The translations under genes were made by a program, and so were the position numbers. The notes under the pieces are model-generated. The model saw only the letters and a list, made by a program, of their open reading frames with translations, made no database searches and had not been told where the DNA came from. Positions 51,731 to 64,000 of a DNA stretch of 64,000 bases are shown here, piece after piece; positions within the stretch are counted from its first letter, which is position 1; every line of letters starts with the position of its first letter. This DNA comes from Octopus vulgaris (taxonomy: Eukaryota), in assembly GCA_951406725.2 (NCBI GenBank), contig OX597814.1:67890001-67954000 (forward strand), written 5' to 3'.

Positions 51731-53304
51731 GAATCGCCTCTCCATAATATCACGCCTGCGCCTATAGACTCATGCGAATTTCTAAATTATTCTTTTTGTG
51801 GCACAACTGCGTGCAACTCTATATATGAGTGCAGTTAGTAACTTTGGTTTACTGTCTCCACAGGATTTGTAATTTGATTTCTGTGTTTTTATTTTATCAC
51901 CTCATCCAGCCATATCTATGATAAACCATTCTCTGCTTTCTTTTGCAATCCTCAAATTACAAATCTTCCTACAGCCAATGCCAGTAAGACAGGCCACCGT
52001 AGATTTAACCAATAGAAGCATGACGTCCCACATTTACTGAAAGCATCGTACGCTGACATCATCGAACCTCACACAGCTTTTTAAATTTTAGTCTTCTCCT
52101 TCCAAGAACCAACACCATAATTCTCTTCCAAGGCAGCTCAATAATCAGAACTTATTTGTCAAGTCAGACTTGTCACAATATTAGATTTTTAATTCGTTAA
52201 TGCAGCATGGCTTAATAAACGATCATTACCAACAAGTGTACGTTCACGTTCCAGATATTAGCATCATTTAGGAGTCTGAGTTTTCCATTATCTACACTCT
52301 TGTGTTACACTTTCTTGCCGTTCTCATAGAAACAACAGGCGATAATTTGGTGTTAATTTCCATCTCATTGGTGATGTATTACTCTCTAGTGTATCAGTAA
52401 TGATTTTGAAAATTGTTCATGCTGGCAAGTATACATGTTCTATATACCGCCAGGGTATGTTTGAACGATGCATAGCTTGTGCGGCGACGAAAGTGCCAAT
52501 CAGCAGTATCAATGCAATCAAGATTTGATATTAGTCAAAGACAAGAACATTGCATAATGCTTTAAAGCGGAATTACAATCAGTTGACTCGTTCACATAAT
52601 ACTCCAGGATAGCTTCCTTTGCTCAACTGTCTCCCATGCATCTCATGTTCATTGGCTTCTTAGTCCTACAGAGGTTTAGTTCCACTTTTTAAGTAGGTTA
52701 TTTTGTTGTAGCACATTACAACGCAGTATCTGTAAAACACGGCAGAAGCCAAACCATTTGTATGGTAAATGGCAAGCCGGAATTTTATCTTCACCATTTT
52801 TCTTACAGATTTATTACATCATTCATCGAACTTTCCTTGTTACTGCCAGTGGTCCATGTCTTAAATTGTTTTTAATTTCATTATCATTCTTTGTATCATT
52901 TAAGATGAACTGTGTAGTATACATATTTATACAGATATGTTTACACGGGGCACAAAAAATACAGTATACTAAGGAGGGATACTTCCTTTTTTAACACGAG
53001 AGATGTTTCCTGAAGCTCGGAATTACGTAATAATCATTATGTTCATAATTAGCCCGATACAATATGCAAAAAATGTCTTGGGCATAGAATCAGCAAGTAG
53101 TATCATAGATAAATTACTATAAGTCCGGCTTTCTTCATCAGAAGGTTGGCAATATAAGACTATGTCTGAGTGTTCAGCTGTTGCTGAATGACCTGCACAA
53201 ATTATTTGTTTATAATGATCAAATGTTCGTGCTGCACCTTCATCACTAGGCCATGCACTCTCACACACACATACAAACACAAACACACACACGTCCCCCA
53301 CACA

Positions 53305-53421
<117 letters not shown>

Positions 53422-53427
53422 CTATCT

Positions 53428-53616
53428 TATTCTTTTTATTTTTTATTCTATTTATTTTTTTTATTTTATCTTATTTTTTTTGTTATTTTCTTCCCTTTTA
53501 CGATCCCTCTTGATCGAAAACTTACGCCACCCCCTTTTTTTTCATCCCCCAAAAGAAAATCTCTACCTTGTAACTTGTCCCATCTGTGTGCAGCCCTGTG
53601 TGGCCAATAAAGAAAC

Positions 53617-53617
<1 letters not shown>
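53428..53617 (+). mobile_element. Short 3' end of a putative Tx1-like LINE inserted in (TATC)n
   Basis: Ends TTGTCCC...CCCTGTGTGGCCAATAAAGAAAC, resembling the Tx1 3' end TTGTCCC...CCTTATGGTGAATAAAGAAATA at 42109-42150. Long (TATC)n on both sides. Confidence 0.6.
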
Positions 53618-53700
<83 letters not shown>

Positions 53701-54547
53701 ATATATATATATGTATATATATACACGCACATCCATACATGCATGTATGCATGCATGTACACATGTATCCAAACGCAATCAAGTGCCTAGATCAAGTAGA
53801 TGTTTTCAAAATTTTCAAATACAAGAAATTTGCTATACAATTACAATTATTAGACGAGAAACACTTTAATGTATTTTATATCTGTTACTAAAATAACATT
53901 GTGTGTTTATGTTTATGTGTATATGTGTATAGTGTATATGTTTGTGCGTGTCTGTCTGCCACACATCCCATTAAATTTTCGATATAATTACAACTGCAGA
54001 ATGTACGAGGGAAAAGGGTGTTGTATATCCTAGATTAATGAAATTAAGTCGGTGTCGATTATTAAGAAGTGGATCTCATATAAAAGTCTATACTGCTGAG
54101 GCAAAATAGTAGAATAATAAGTTAATGCGTGTGAATAGAACATCAAACTAGGTTTAATACAAGTTCTTCGCCCCTACGAAAGGATGGAATATCGATGACT
54201 TTATTTAATACTAGGAATGAGAGCTTCGTAAGTGTCTAGCTTGAAATTCTTGGTGAATCAAGTGAGAGAGAAAAAAAACCGGAGTCGAACTAAGCTTGTT
54301 GGCTATGGATATAGTAATAATATACACTTTTTCGCCGATTCGGCGGAGACTTGTAAGGGTTTAGAACAAGGAATTTAATTAGTTTCGCTGTTACATTGAT
54401 AATCATGTCTGTCGCTCTAATGCAGGCTGAGTATTGGGCTGGATGTGGTACTTGCTAGTATTTGGAGTTTGATCATTGACAGATCTAGCAGAAGGAGCAA
54501 GATGTCGAACTGTGACAGTCAGTTCTTTTATGCTTGGAAACCACATC

Positions 54548-54663
54548 TTGTGATTTAACATAAGCACTTTTTCCAGACAATTTAACCATTTTCACAGAAA
54601 CTAGAATTGTGATTTAACATAAGCACTTTTCTCATACAGTTTAACCATTTTCACAGAAACTAG
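54548..54663. repeat. 59-bp tandem duplication
   Basis: TTGTGATTTAACATAAGCACTTTT...TTTAACCATTTTCACAGAAACTAG twice. Confidence 0.85.
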
Positions 54664-57600
54664 GAGTTTTGCTAGTAAATAAACATGCGTTCGCAAGAAA
54701 TTACATTGGTGGCAGTGCACAACAGAGATCTGACGAAACAAAGGTCATTAACCAGATAAGTTTCGTACTCACTGATCATCAAGCTTTTCAATTTAGGTGA
54801 CAAAAAGATGGCGTCGTAAAGGGTGACGATGAGACTTGCATGAAGAACATCGAGCATGTGGGCTGGTATAATTGTGGCTCTTTCATGCAGCTATAGTCAT
54901 GGACCGATGCTTAGAAAAGAAGGGTTACAATGGAAATGTATGAAAGAAAGTATGTCAAACAAAGCAAAAAAACTGTTTGCAGCACTCGATAACAATGGAA
55001 TGCTTCATTTCAAAAGACAAAATTGAAGGGGAACTGAGTGTGTTCATGAACGGCAGTCAATAGGTATTCATTATCAAAATCAAAAGGTAGTGGTACCCTT
55101 AAAGTCCATACTTAGTAATTAAAATGGTTATGTTGTTTTGATTAAATTTCTATGTGGTGAGGTGATGAATAACAGTTTAAGTGCAATGCATGTTTGGTTG
55201 ATGGAATAAAGGCAGGTTCTTTGTGCGAACAAAATCATTATTCACACGATGCGAAGATGGCACAAAGTATGGAGTAGAACCCTGAGTGAATATGTTTGTC
55301 GCAGAACAATTAGTGACAAACAAAACACCGAATGCAATAGAGTTTGATTTGCTGTCTTTAAATTTTGCCGTACTTAATCATTCTGTTCACCATGTTGTCA
55401 TACACAAAAGCGAATTATCATTCATTTGTCACATTGCAAAATGTTTCCGTTTATGTGTGGCTTTAATGTTCTTTTTATACTGATTCTCAAAGAATCTGCT
55501 ATCCAGTGTTACGACAATAGCTATCTTGGAAACATGTTTCAATAATAAGCGGTAAATTATGATTGATGTTGATGATGATGGCATCTTTCAACTCTCTTTT
55601 GAGATACTGAATTACCTTTTAGTGCTTCCGAAGGCAGAAGAAAGGTTTTTGTTATACACTATTGAATAGATTTTATCTGAATAATGTAAAATTTACTGTA
55701 CGTAATAAGAAAATATACCAACTGCCTGTACTTTGATGTCTGTATGGAGGTATTAACTTCAGAAAAGAAAGACGCCCGTTAGGTCCTGTATTATTTTATT
55801 TTTGGAAACCTCTTATCCTAAAAGTTGAATGGTAAGGTAAACGATAACAACTTTCTTGTTATTGAACGTAATATCTGTAAAAAGGTTTGTTAGATTAGCG
55901 TCATGTACCTGTGCTGTTTCTACATATTCTCACAGTGTCTACGTAAGTAAAAATTTCTTTGAACACTTATTTCAGCTGAGATCTCTATTACGCTTTGGAA
56001 ACAGACCATATTGTTTACAACATTGAACGAATACATGCTCTTTTTAAGTATAATTATATTACTTAAAATTATACACTATAATTTTACGGATGAAACTTAA
56101 AAAAAATTACATTATATAAAGTTTATACTATCGTCAGATTGGAGGTAAGCGAAATATTTACGACTATGTTGTAAAACTGGCTCATGTTTGCAATCTCTCC
56201 TAAAGCAATGATTTTTAAAATGCAAATATATTCTAAATCAAAACGACTGCGAAAAACGTCCATCGATAAATATTTAATATAATTTTCAGCTTGAGGTTTT
56301 CAGTTTATATTATCTGCCATTCTTTCAACATTTATTTCTCTCGCTCTTTTTTTTACTGAATGATAGTTCCTTTCTGAACTTTACGACGCAATATCACTAA
56401 CAGTCGATACCCCAAAAGAGATGACAGCAAATAAAGTTTCTGAGCAACGGAAGATCAGTAAACTCTTTGGCCTTCCAAATTACATTAGGGATTTAAGATC
56501 AAAATATTTTGTTAAATATGCCATTTCTGATTCTATGTAATTCTATAATTTATCTACTCCTGTTCTGCTTCAAATTCAGTTCAACACATATCCAACAAGT
56601 ACTCTCTCTGGTACATCTTACATCAGAGGCACACATTCCCAACTATAGAAGCTTCAAACTCTTAATCCATCGTGACCGATCAATACGGATGGTATTCATG
56701 TTAATAACAATAAACAGCACATCCCTAGTATGATTATGTCTGTACCAAACTCTTAAACTTTTTCTCTCACAAGAGTACCTACAATAAGATATTCAAATAC
56801 TTGATAGTGTGTCTTATCACCCCATAAAAGCGACGTCTATCAGTGTTAAATGTAGGATAGAATAAGAATGATCACCTCGGAATACATTATTGTCAATCAA
56901 GATCAATGAGTAACTAATTTTTTATGCTATGCAAAGTTTCGCCTCTTTCCTTGTCATTAAATTGTTGTAAATGATTAGTAACATATCAATTCATTTATCT
57001 GCTGCAATCAACTAAATGAAAAGAGGTGCTAAATCTTGAGATGTTTATTGCGACAGACTGGTATATCTGTCAATAGTTGTACCTCACGTTAATGAAACTA
57101 GAAGTAGGAACAAAATCTTTAATGTCTTTTTCTCATATTTTAAATTCACATAGAAAAATCTCAAGTTTACTGGAAAGTTAAGAGACAGTGTAGCATTCAT
57201 ACATGCTATATTCGAAGAAATATAAAACTTGCCTGCCAAATTTGTCAATTTTAATTCCAGCAGAGCCTTAAGGCCTCATATTTATAAAGCAAGGATATAA
57301 AACTGCATGACATCAGTTTTCCAATTGCATTAGTTGAGTGCAAAAACAAAAATAGCTACCACAAGAAATGGAAAATGACGTTCGAGAGGAATAATGTAAA
57401 TAATTGTCAAAACTATATCATTGTTTTTCTTCAACGACAAGGGAATAATTGTGACTCCAAAATATCCTGTAAATACGGGAGTGTTATTTGTTTATTGTCT
57501 CGAAACATATAAAATTGAATATCTAACGATACACAGAAAATAAAAGAGTAATAAACAATGGATACAAAATAAGAATTAAAGAATAAAATAATAATAATAA

Positions 57601-57924
57601 TAGAAGTAGAAAAAGAATAAAATCGATGAAAAGAATAAAGAAAAACAAATAGAAAAAAGTTACAGAAAAATGACAAAAAGCTTATATGTTTTCTAGATAT
57701 TGTAATTTTTCATGTTTGTGTTTTGAAGGCTGGAAGTTACAAAAATTGAAGGATATATTTACTCATTTCTTACAAGACTGATTACTATTTCCTTTTCGAC
57801 ATCAATAAATATATCGTCCATCTTTCATCATAAAAAGGAAAAGCAATCAGCTATTTTAGATTTATTTATCTTTCAGAATTATAGGCATTTTCATAGATAT
57901 TCTTATAAAATGTAATTTCCAGAT

Positions 57925-59456
57925 GAAGGCGCGCGGACCTCCGCCAACTTCAAGACGCCTCCTTCTACTGCCCTCTGTCCTGCGATCCCACGCCCAGCTA
58001 CCAACAGACTGTGTCCTCCACTATCCATGGTCTCATCTCCTCCTCCCATCTCCCCTACATCGCCTCCATCCTAATTGTTCGCACCCCTCGAACCCACACA
58101 ATTTACTTCCTCCACCAAATCCACAAACCTAACAACCCTGGACGCCCCATCGTCTCCGCCTGCAACTGCCCCACCGAACTCATCTCCAGATATCTTGATC
58201 ATGTCCTTGCCCCCGCTAGTGACTTCCCTACCCTCTCACATCCATGACACCAACCATGCGCTTTGTTTGCTCAGCTCTTTCTCCTTCCCTCCTGGCCCCT
58301 CTAAAGAGCCTTTACACGGCGATTCCTCACCACGAGGGGCTGCGTGCACTCCAACATTTCCTTGACCTTGGATCCAACCCCCAACCTGACACATCGAAAC
58401 TCGTTCGTCTGTCCGAACTTGTCCTCTCACTCAACTGCTTCTCGTTCGCTGGTGATTTTTACCAGCAATTCTCGGGAGTGGCCATGGGAACGAGAAAGGA
58501 CCCCAACTATGCGAACCTGTTCGTTGGCTATGTTGAGGCCCAAATATTCTCAAGTTTCACTGGTCCCACTCCCGAACTATACGTCCGTTATATTGATGAC
58601 TGTATTGGTGCGACCTCACTCTCCCCACAAACATCCAGACTCCTTGCTCTCTTTTGTCAAATCTTTCCATCCTACCCTCCACTTCTCCTGCACTATCTCC
58701 CACACTTTGAGACTCGACCTCAACTCATGGCTTGCCACTTCATCCTACGGGGATATCTCCTCACCACTATCCTCACTGCCCTTGCCAGAGCACTTCTGTG
58801 GACCGTGCATCTGCTCCCCCCCGCACACGCCCGCTGTATCCTGCCTCCCGTTTCCCCTCACCTACCACCCCACCACCCTACCTCTCCAACGCACCATTCT
58901 CCGAGCCTTCCGGCGACTCCAGTCCCACTCCTCCACTTCGCACAGCTTCCCTAAACGACCCCTCCCCTCCTTCAAACGAGCCCACAACCTACGAGACCTC
59001 TTGGTCCACAGCTTCTTCCCTAACCCAACCTCCCAACCCGGCTCGTTCTCCTGCTCCCGCTCATGCTGCCGCACTTGTCCTTACCTCTCCAACACTACCT
59101 TCCTCACCAGCACGCATCATCGACCCTATCATATCACCGACTCCTTCACCTGCACTTCTACCAATGTCATCTACTGTATCTCCTGCTTTCTCTGCCCTTC
59201 TCTATACATCAGGCAAACGGGACTCTGCTTGGCTGACCGGTTCACAGAACACCTCCGAGACATCCGACTCGGCAATGACACCCTGGTCTCGTACCATTTC
59301 CGCTCTATAGGTCACTCTTTGCAACACCTGTCTGTGTTCGGGTTGTCCTTGTACAGGGGCCATCCGTACTCCTCTCTTCGCCGTGAACAGGGATTAATCT
59401 TCTCTCTTCGCTCCTTTGCGCCTTATGGGCTCAACTCTTCTCCTTTCTTCATCTAA
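57925..59456 (+). pseudogene. 5'-truncated, more decayed copy of the C-rich Penelope family
   Basis: Collinear with ~6250-8004 (PGRPIVSACNCPTELIS, YVRYIDD, NVIYCISC..LYIRQT), with internal deletions and frameshifts. Confidence 0.93.
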
Positions 59457-61469
59457 CTCTCCTCCTCTCTCCTCTCTTCCTCTCACACCTACTTCCTCTC
59501 ATCCACCTCTCCTCTCTTGCTCCGACTCCTACTTCTTCTCTTCAATCCTACCCTCCTTCTCTCTTCTCTTCACTCCTACCCACCTCCTCACTTCCCCTAC
59601 CTTCATCGTCACCACTCCCTCGTAACCCCACCCCTACACAATCCAACTCTACCTTCCCTATCCATCCCACCCCACCCACCCCATCCCTTACACCCATTCT
59701 CATATACCCCACCTCTACCCCCACCCTCAGCCTAACCTACACCCACCCTTGCTTTCCCCACTCTCACCCCCCCACATCCCAACACCACCACACTACACAA
59801 CACCACATCACATCACACCACCACCGCGCACACACTAGCTGTTTATAAAAAATTGATGCCGCTGAAAGTTGCCTTCACCAGGATTTGAATTCAGAATGTA
59901 ACGAGCTGGAGCAAAGATTTTAATGCACAAAGATTTTAAAACTAGAATAAACAAGTTGGAACGAAAAACCGTATCAGTATTGAATGAAGCATTAGTCATA
60001 ACGAGAATAACACGATCAAAAACATACAAAGCATAATCCTGTTAGGAAAACACTACATATTAAGCAAAGCACCTTTAATTCAACTGTACAACTCAAATAA
60101 AACACACTCTACATACCAAACATGATCTGTTCTGTGAACATCCAATAAAATAGCACAACTTATGCAACACAGCCGCTCTAGAATCCACACAAAATAACAT
60201 CACACAACACATTCTCTACAAAATAAGCAGCCGTAAAGTAACGCAACATTGCCAGTCTGTGTGTTGTAACCACGAAAAGTCGTTAACATGTGTTTTCAAG
60301 AATTAGGTCAAACAGTTGGTGAAGCGTCCCTCTAAATCATGAAAAAGAATTATTTTGAATAGCGTTGGTTGAAATTATGCGAAATGACGTTTCTTACCCA
60401 AGGTCGCAATCCGCTTTTCGACCAAGTAATCGAACTAGCGTACATTCTAAGAATCAAGTAATGTGCTTTTACGATATAAAACATACACATAATAGATATT
60501 TGATACTGCAGTATAAACAACTCACTTTACATCTATTACTAGGATGCAACTCACAAATTACATAACTTACATACGCAATGTCCGAAAACACCAACCACTC
60601 AGCACATACACCAGAACACCTCCCATTTTGCATACTCTTTCTCAAGAACGAGACACTATAATAATACAACCAAATTCCTAACGATGTGAATATGGTTACA
60701 CATTTGAATACCTACATCGATGCAAATGTATATTTTCTCTTTTCTCTCTCTCGTTGCTCACACGTGACCATCGTCCATCTTCCCTTTCCTCACGTGAACA
60801 TCTTTCTTTTCCTGTCCGGACGTTCAAAGGACTGGACGTTTTTTCTCTCTCTTCTATCTTTTCTCTTTTCAAAATAAAATATTTTTCCCAGCATTCACTA
60901 TTTCATTCTCGTTCTGGTCTAACGACCCGCTATGTTTGTTTTCGTTCGGTTTCCTTTATGTCTCAACTGTCCTGTTTTTGTTCCCAACTATCTTTGAAGA
61001 CTCATATTGTCGTTGACTGCTCAAAATGAGGAGTAGATAGACAGCTGACAACTGATGACGGGTCGTTTATCTGCTTACTTGTCCTGTTCTCCATTTTTTC
61101 TCATTGTTTACGCATTTAACTCGTTGTCTATGTATTTCATATTGTTACACAGTCGGTGACGTTCTGTACATACATATACATACATACAAATCAAGCACAC
61201 ACACGCACTCACACATACACACATACACACACACATATATAATTTGTTAATATTATTATTTAATTGAACGCCACGCAACTATTTCCAAGTAAGTTTATCT
61301 TCACCTTTTTGATGCGACTCTACTTTATACTGTTTCCTTCCTTAATCCTTCTCTAATTCCCTTTTTCTCCCTTCCCTCTTTCACCGATTTCTATCTGTCT
61401 CTCTCTCCCCTCTTTCTCTTCTCTCTCTCTCTCTATATTATTATTATTTAATTGAACGCCACGCATCCA

Positions 61470-61507
<38 letters not shown>

Positions 61508-61510
<3 letters not shown>

Positions 61511-61625
61511 CCTGCTCGCTTAGCCAGCGGGGTGGCGTCATTCGAAGGCTAAAACAATGCGAACGCATTGTGACCAGCGATGTGTAACTACATCTGATGG
61601 ACTGGTCGGTCACGTGATCACGTGA
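61508..61625 (+). repeat. Short interspersed repeat fragment between (TA)n tracts (probable retroelement 3' end)
   Basis: GC-richer ~115-bp island ending in duplicated TCACGTGA, flanked by (AT)n. Confidence 0.4.
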
Positions 61626-64000
61626 TATATATATGTTTGTGTGTGTGTGTGTGTGTGTGTATCTTTGTGTATGCGCGCGCATATGTGTGTTTTTGTGTTT
61701 GTGTGTGTGTGTACATTTGTGAGTTTATATGTGTGTAGTTGTGTGTAGGTGCATCTGTGTAGGTTGGGTATGTATGTGTATTTGTGTGTTTGAAGCGCGC
61801 AAATCAATTCCGAGTTATGCCACCGCTCGATTATTGTTTTAAGTACGGGAAACGCACAGATTCAGGTACATACATATTTAGTCTCATGGCGAAATGACAC
61901 CCACGGCAATGTTATCGGTTGCTTGTGATGAAGATAAAATCTATCTTCTTCGGTATTATTTAATAATTAATCGGGAAACATTCACCTTTCCCTTCCAGAA
62001 CGACAAAATTACTTATTAAAATGTAAAAGGTTGCGAGAAGGTTCGAGTTTAACAGTCAAACAATAATTACAAGAGTATTATTTACAATGCGTGTTATGGA
62101 TATGTGGTGATATTGGCTCGCTTACATCTTTTTACTGTGACGGCATATTCTCGATATTTTGGGACGAAGATAGACCTCAAATGTTACGTATTTTGTAAAT
62201 GCTTTGGGATTTCAACCGAAGCTTGCTGCATTATTCACAAACACACCAAAGGTATTGTAGAGAAGTCACATCAAACAAGTCAATATATTAGGTGACTAAT
62301 ATTTAATTAATTTACTGTACCCCTTGAGAAATGAAGAAAAAAAATCGACTCCACTGAAAATTAGGCTCACACGCAACTATACAACACAATTTATTTGTGA
62401 AAGTTAACTTCATTCAGTCACATTTATCGATTCCTTACATTGTTATACGATTTAACATTTGAATACAAGCGGGGAAAGTTGAAAGTACATGTTTGAAGCC
62501 TATTTTCACATGTATGACAAATATGTTATTAAACGGACGAAATAAAATAACGTAGTGCTGTTCTATTATCGGGCGCCTTTATAGCTATTAGTCAGACTTA
62601 ATTATTATTAAATTATTTCAACAGTTGTGTTTCAACCGTAACTCTGAAAACTAGAAGTGTATATTGTTTTGTAGCTTATCTATTTGTATTCTATAGCCTT
62701 TTCTACGAACAAAAATGGCGTTTCAGATTTGTGAAAAGGAATATGAATGGTTCACGTTATTTTAAGGGTAGTATTCACCCCTATAGGTTTCTATTGCCTT
62801 AACTAGGCCCATATCATAACTTGATCTCAATATTATAAACTAACAAAGCATTTCTTATTTATTTACTACTCCTATTGTCAGCATTTCTAATAACTATTTG
62901 ACGATGTGTATTTGATGTGAGGCAGACTGAGATATCAGAGATTTAAATCATTTTGGCTATAGATATTGGGCAGTAAAGATATCTCTACATATTATCGACC
63001 TTGCTAACACTAGTCAGCAACTATTCCTCCAAAATAAGAGAGTTTATTCTGTGATACTCTTCGTCATTATTATATTTTAGCTTAAAAGTATCCAATAAAG
63101 CTGGTAAACTACATTTTATGTATGATATATTTATATATATTATGGTGGAAAGATTAAAGAGAAATTTAGTAGTCACTTTGATCATAAGTTTCATTCTTTG
63201 ATGTAATTCACAGAACGAAAGACGGGCTAAATATTTTAAAATAAGACCTCCACAAAGTAGATACTTTACAAACTGAAGCTTAAGGAAGTTAATTATACAT
63301 TTTTGCCAGTCAACCTACTGATTGAGTGTACAGGCTATATAGGTTAACTGGCTATTTATAATTATTGAATTTTCCAGTTACTGCTTGGTTGTTGGATAGT
63401 GTGACCAATTGCTTCGTATACATCTTGACAGAATTAAACTGGTCGTTTAGCAATTTCACAATTCATTTATTTTCTTGCAGAATTTGATTTGAAGTTTCCC
63501 ATTATTTCAGGATAGCTTAAACGATAATAATGATTTCTTACGGTGAAACTGTTTGGAGGAAAGACAAAGTCAGTTATATCCACCTCAGTATTTGACTGGT
63601 ACGTTATTATTTTATCGATACAGAAAGGTTTAAAAAGATGACCTCTAAAGTGAAATGCTAAAAAGTTGACACTCACATGATCTTCTTAATCGCTTTGGAA
63701 TGTTTCTACACAATTTTCTCTCATCATGTTCAAAATTTATTGAAGAATTTTAGGTCATTAGGCAACTAAACCTTTACATGTGTATTCTTTATGCACATAT
63801 CTTTCTAATTTCTTATTGTGTGTGTATGTGAATCAATATATATATTTGTCTTAATTGCAAGGTTATTACCAGCTTAAATATGTTTGGGGCATATTCTACT
63901 GCGAGAAATTTTCTCCTTGGTAAAACACAGTGAATGACTTTCTTACGGGCTCGAATATACCCCAAGCATACTTGAACTGGTAATAATCTTGTATTATTTC

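Noticed and set aside
51880-52900. Possible very old LINE RT remnant (SYADII-like motif near 52045)
   Set aside because: A single weak motif is too little to call.
54250-55050. Possible ancient mariner remnant on the minus strand (QVPHPAQYS, IVTLYD)
   Set aside because: Similarity is too weak, and no TIRs were found by eye.

Overview
AT-rich, microsatellite-dense eukaryotic DNA with no host protein-coding exon that I can recognise. The SINE and repeat families look like those of octopus/cephalopods, which is an inference from family resemblance. The window is a graveyard of nested mobile elements. It holds six Penelope-like element (PLE) copies in three lineages (C-rich Neptune-like, AT-rich Neptune-like, Naiad-like), a near full-length L1/Tx1 LINE inside a (TC)n microsatellite, a full-length decayed mariner, Tc1/mariner/hAT/Gypsy remnants, tRNA-derived SINEs and small MITEs. 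The most interesting signals are in non-coding RNA. (1) Several hammerhead ribozyme (HHR) motifs occur, including a ~1.6-kb ORF-less unit (9381-10977) whose ~160-bp inverted termini each carry a complete type-I hammerhead with an unusually long helix II. (2) A family of minimal HHRs shares an A6U core variant. (3) A repeated non-coding element shows compensatory base-pair covariation and may be a new structured or catalytic RNA. (4) Different retroelements appear to sit in different microsatellites: (TC)n, (TATC)n, (AAT)n and (TA)n. All pairings were read by eye, and no folding or database search was run.
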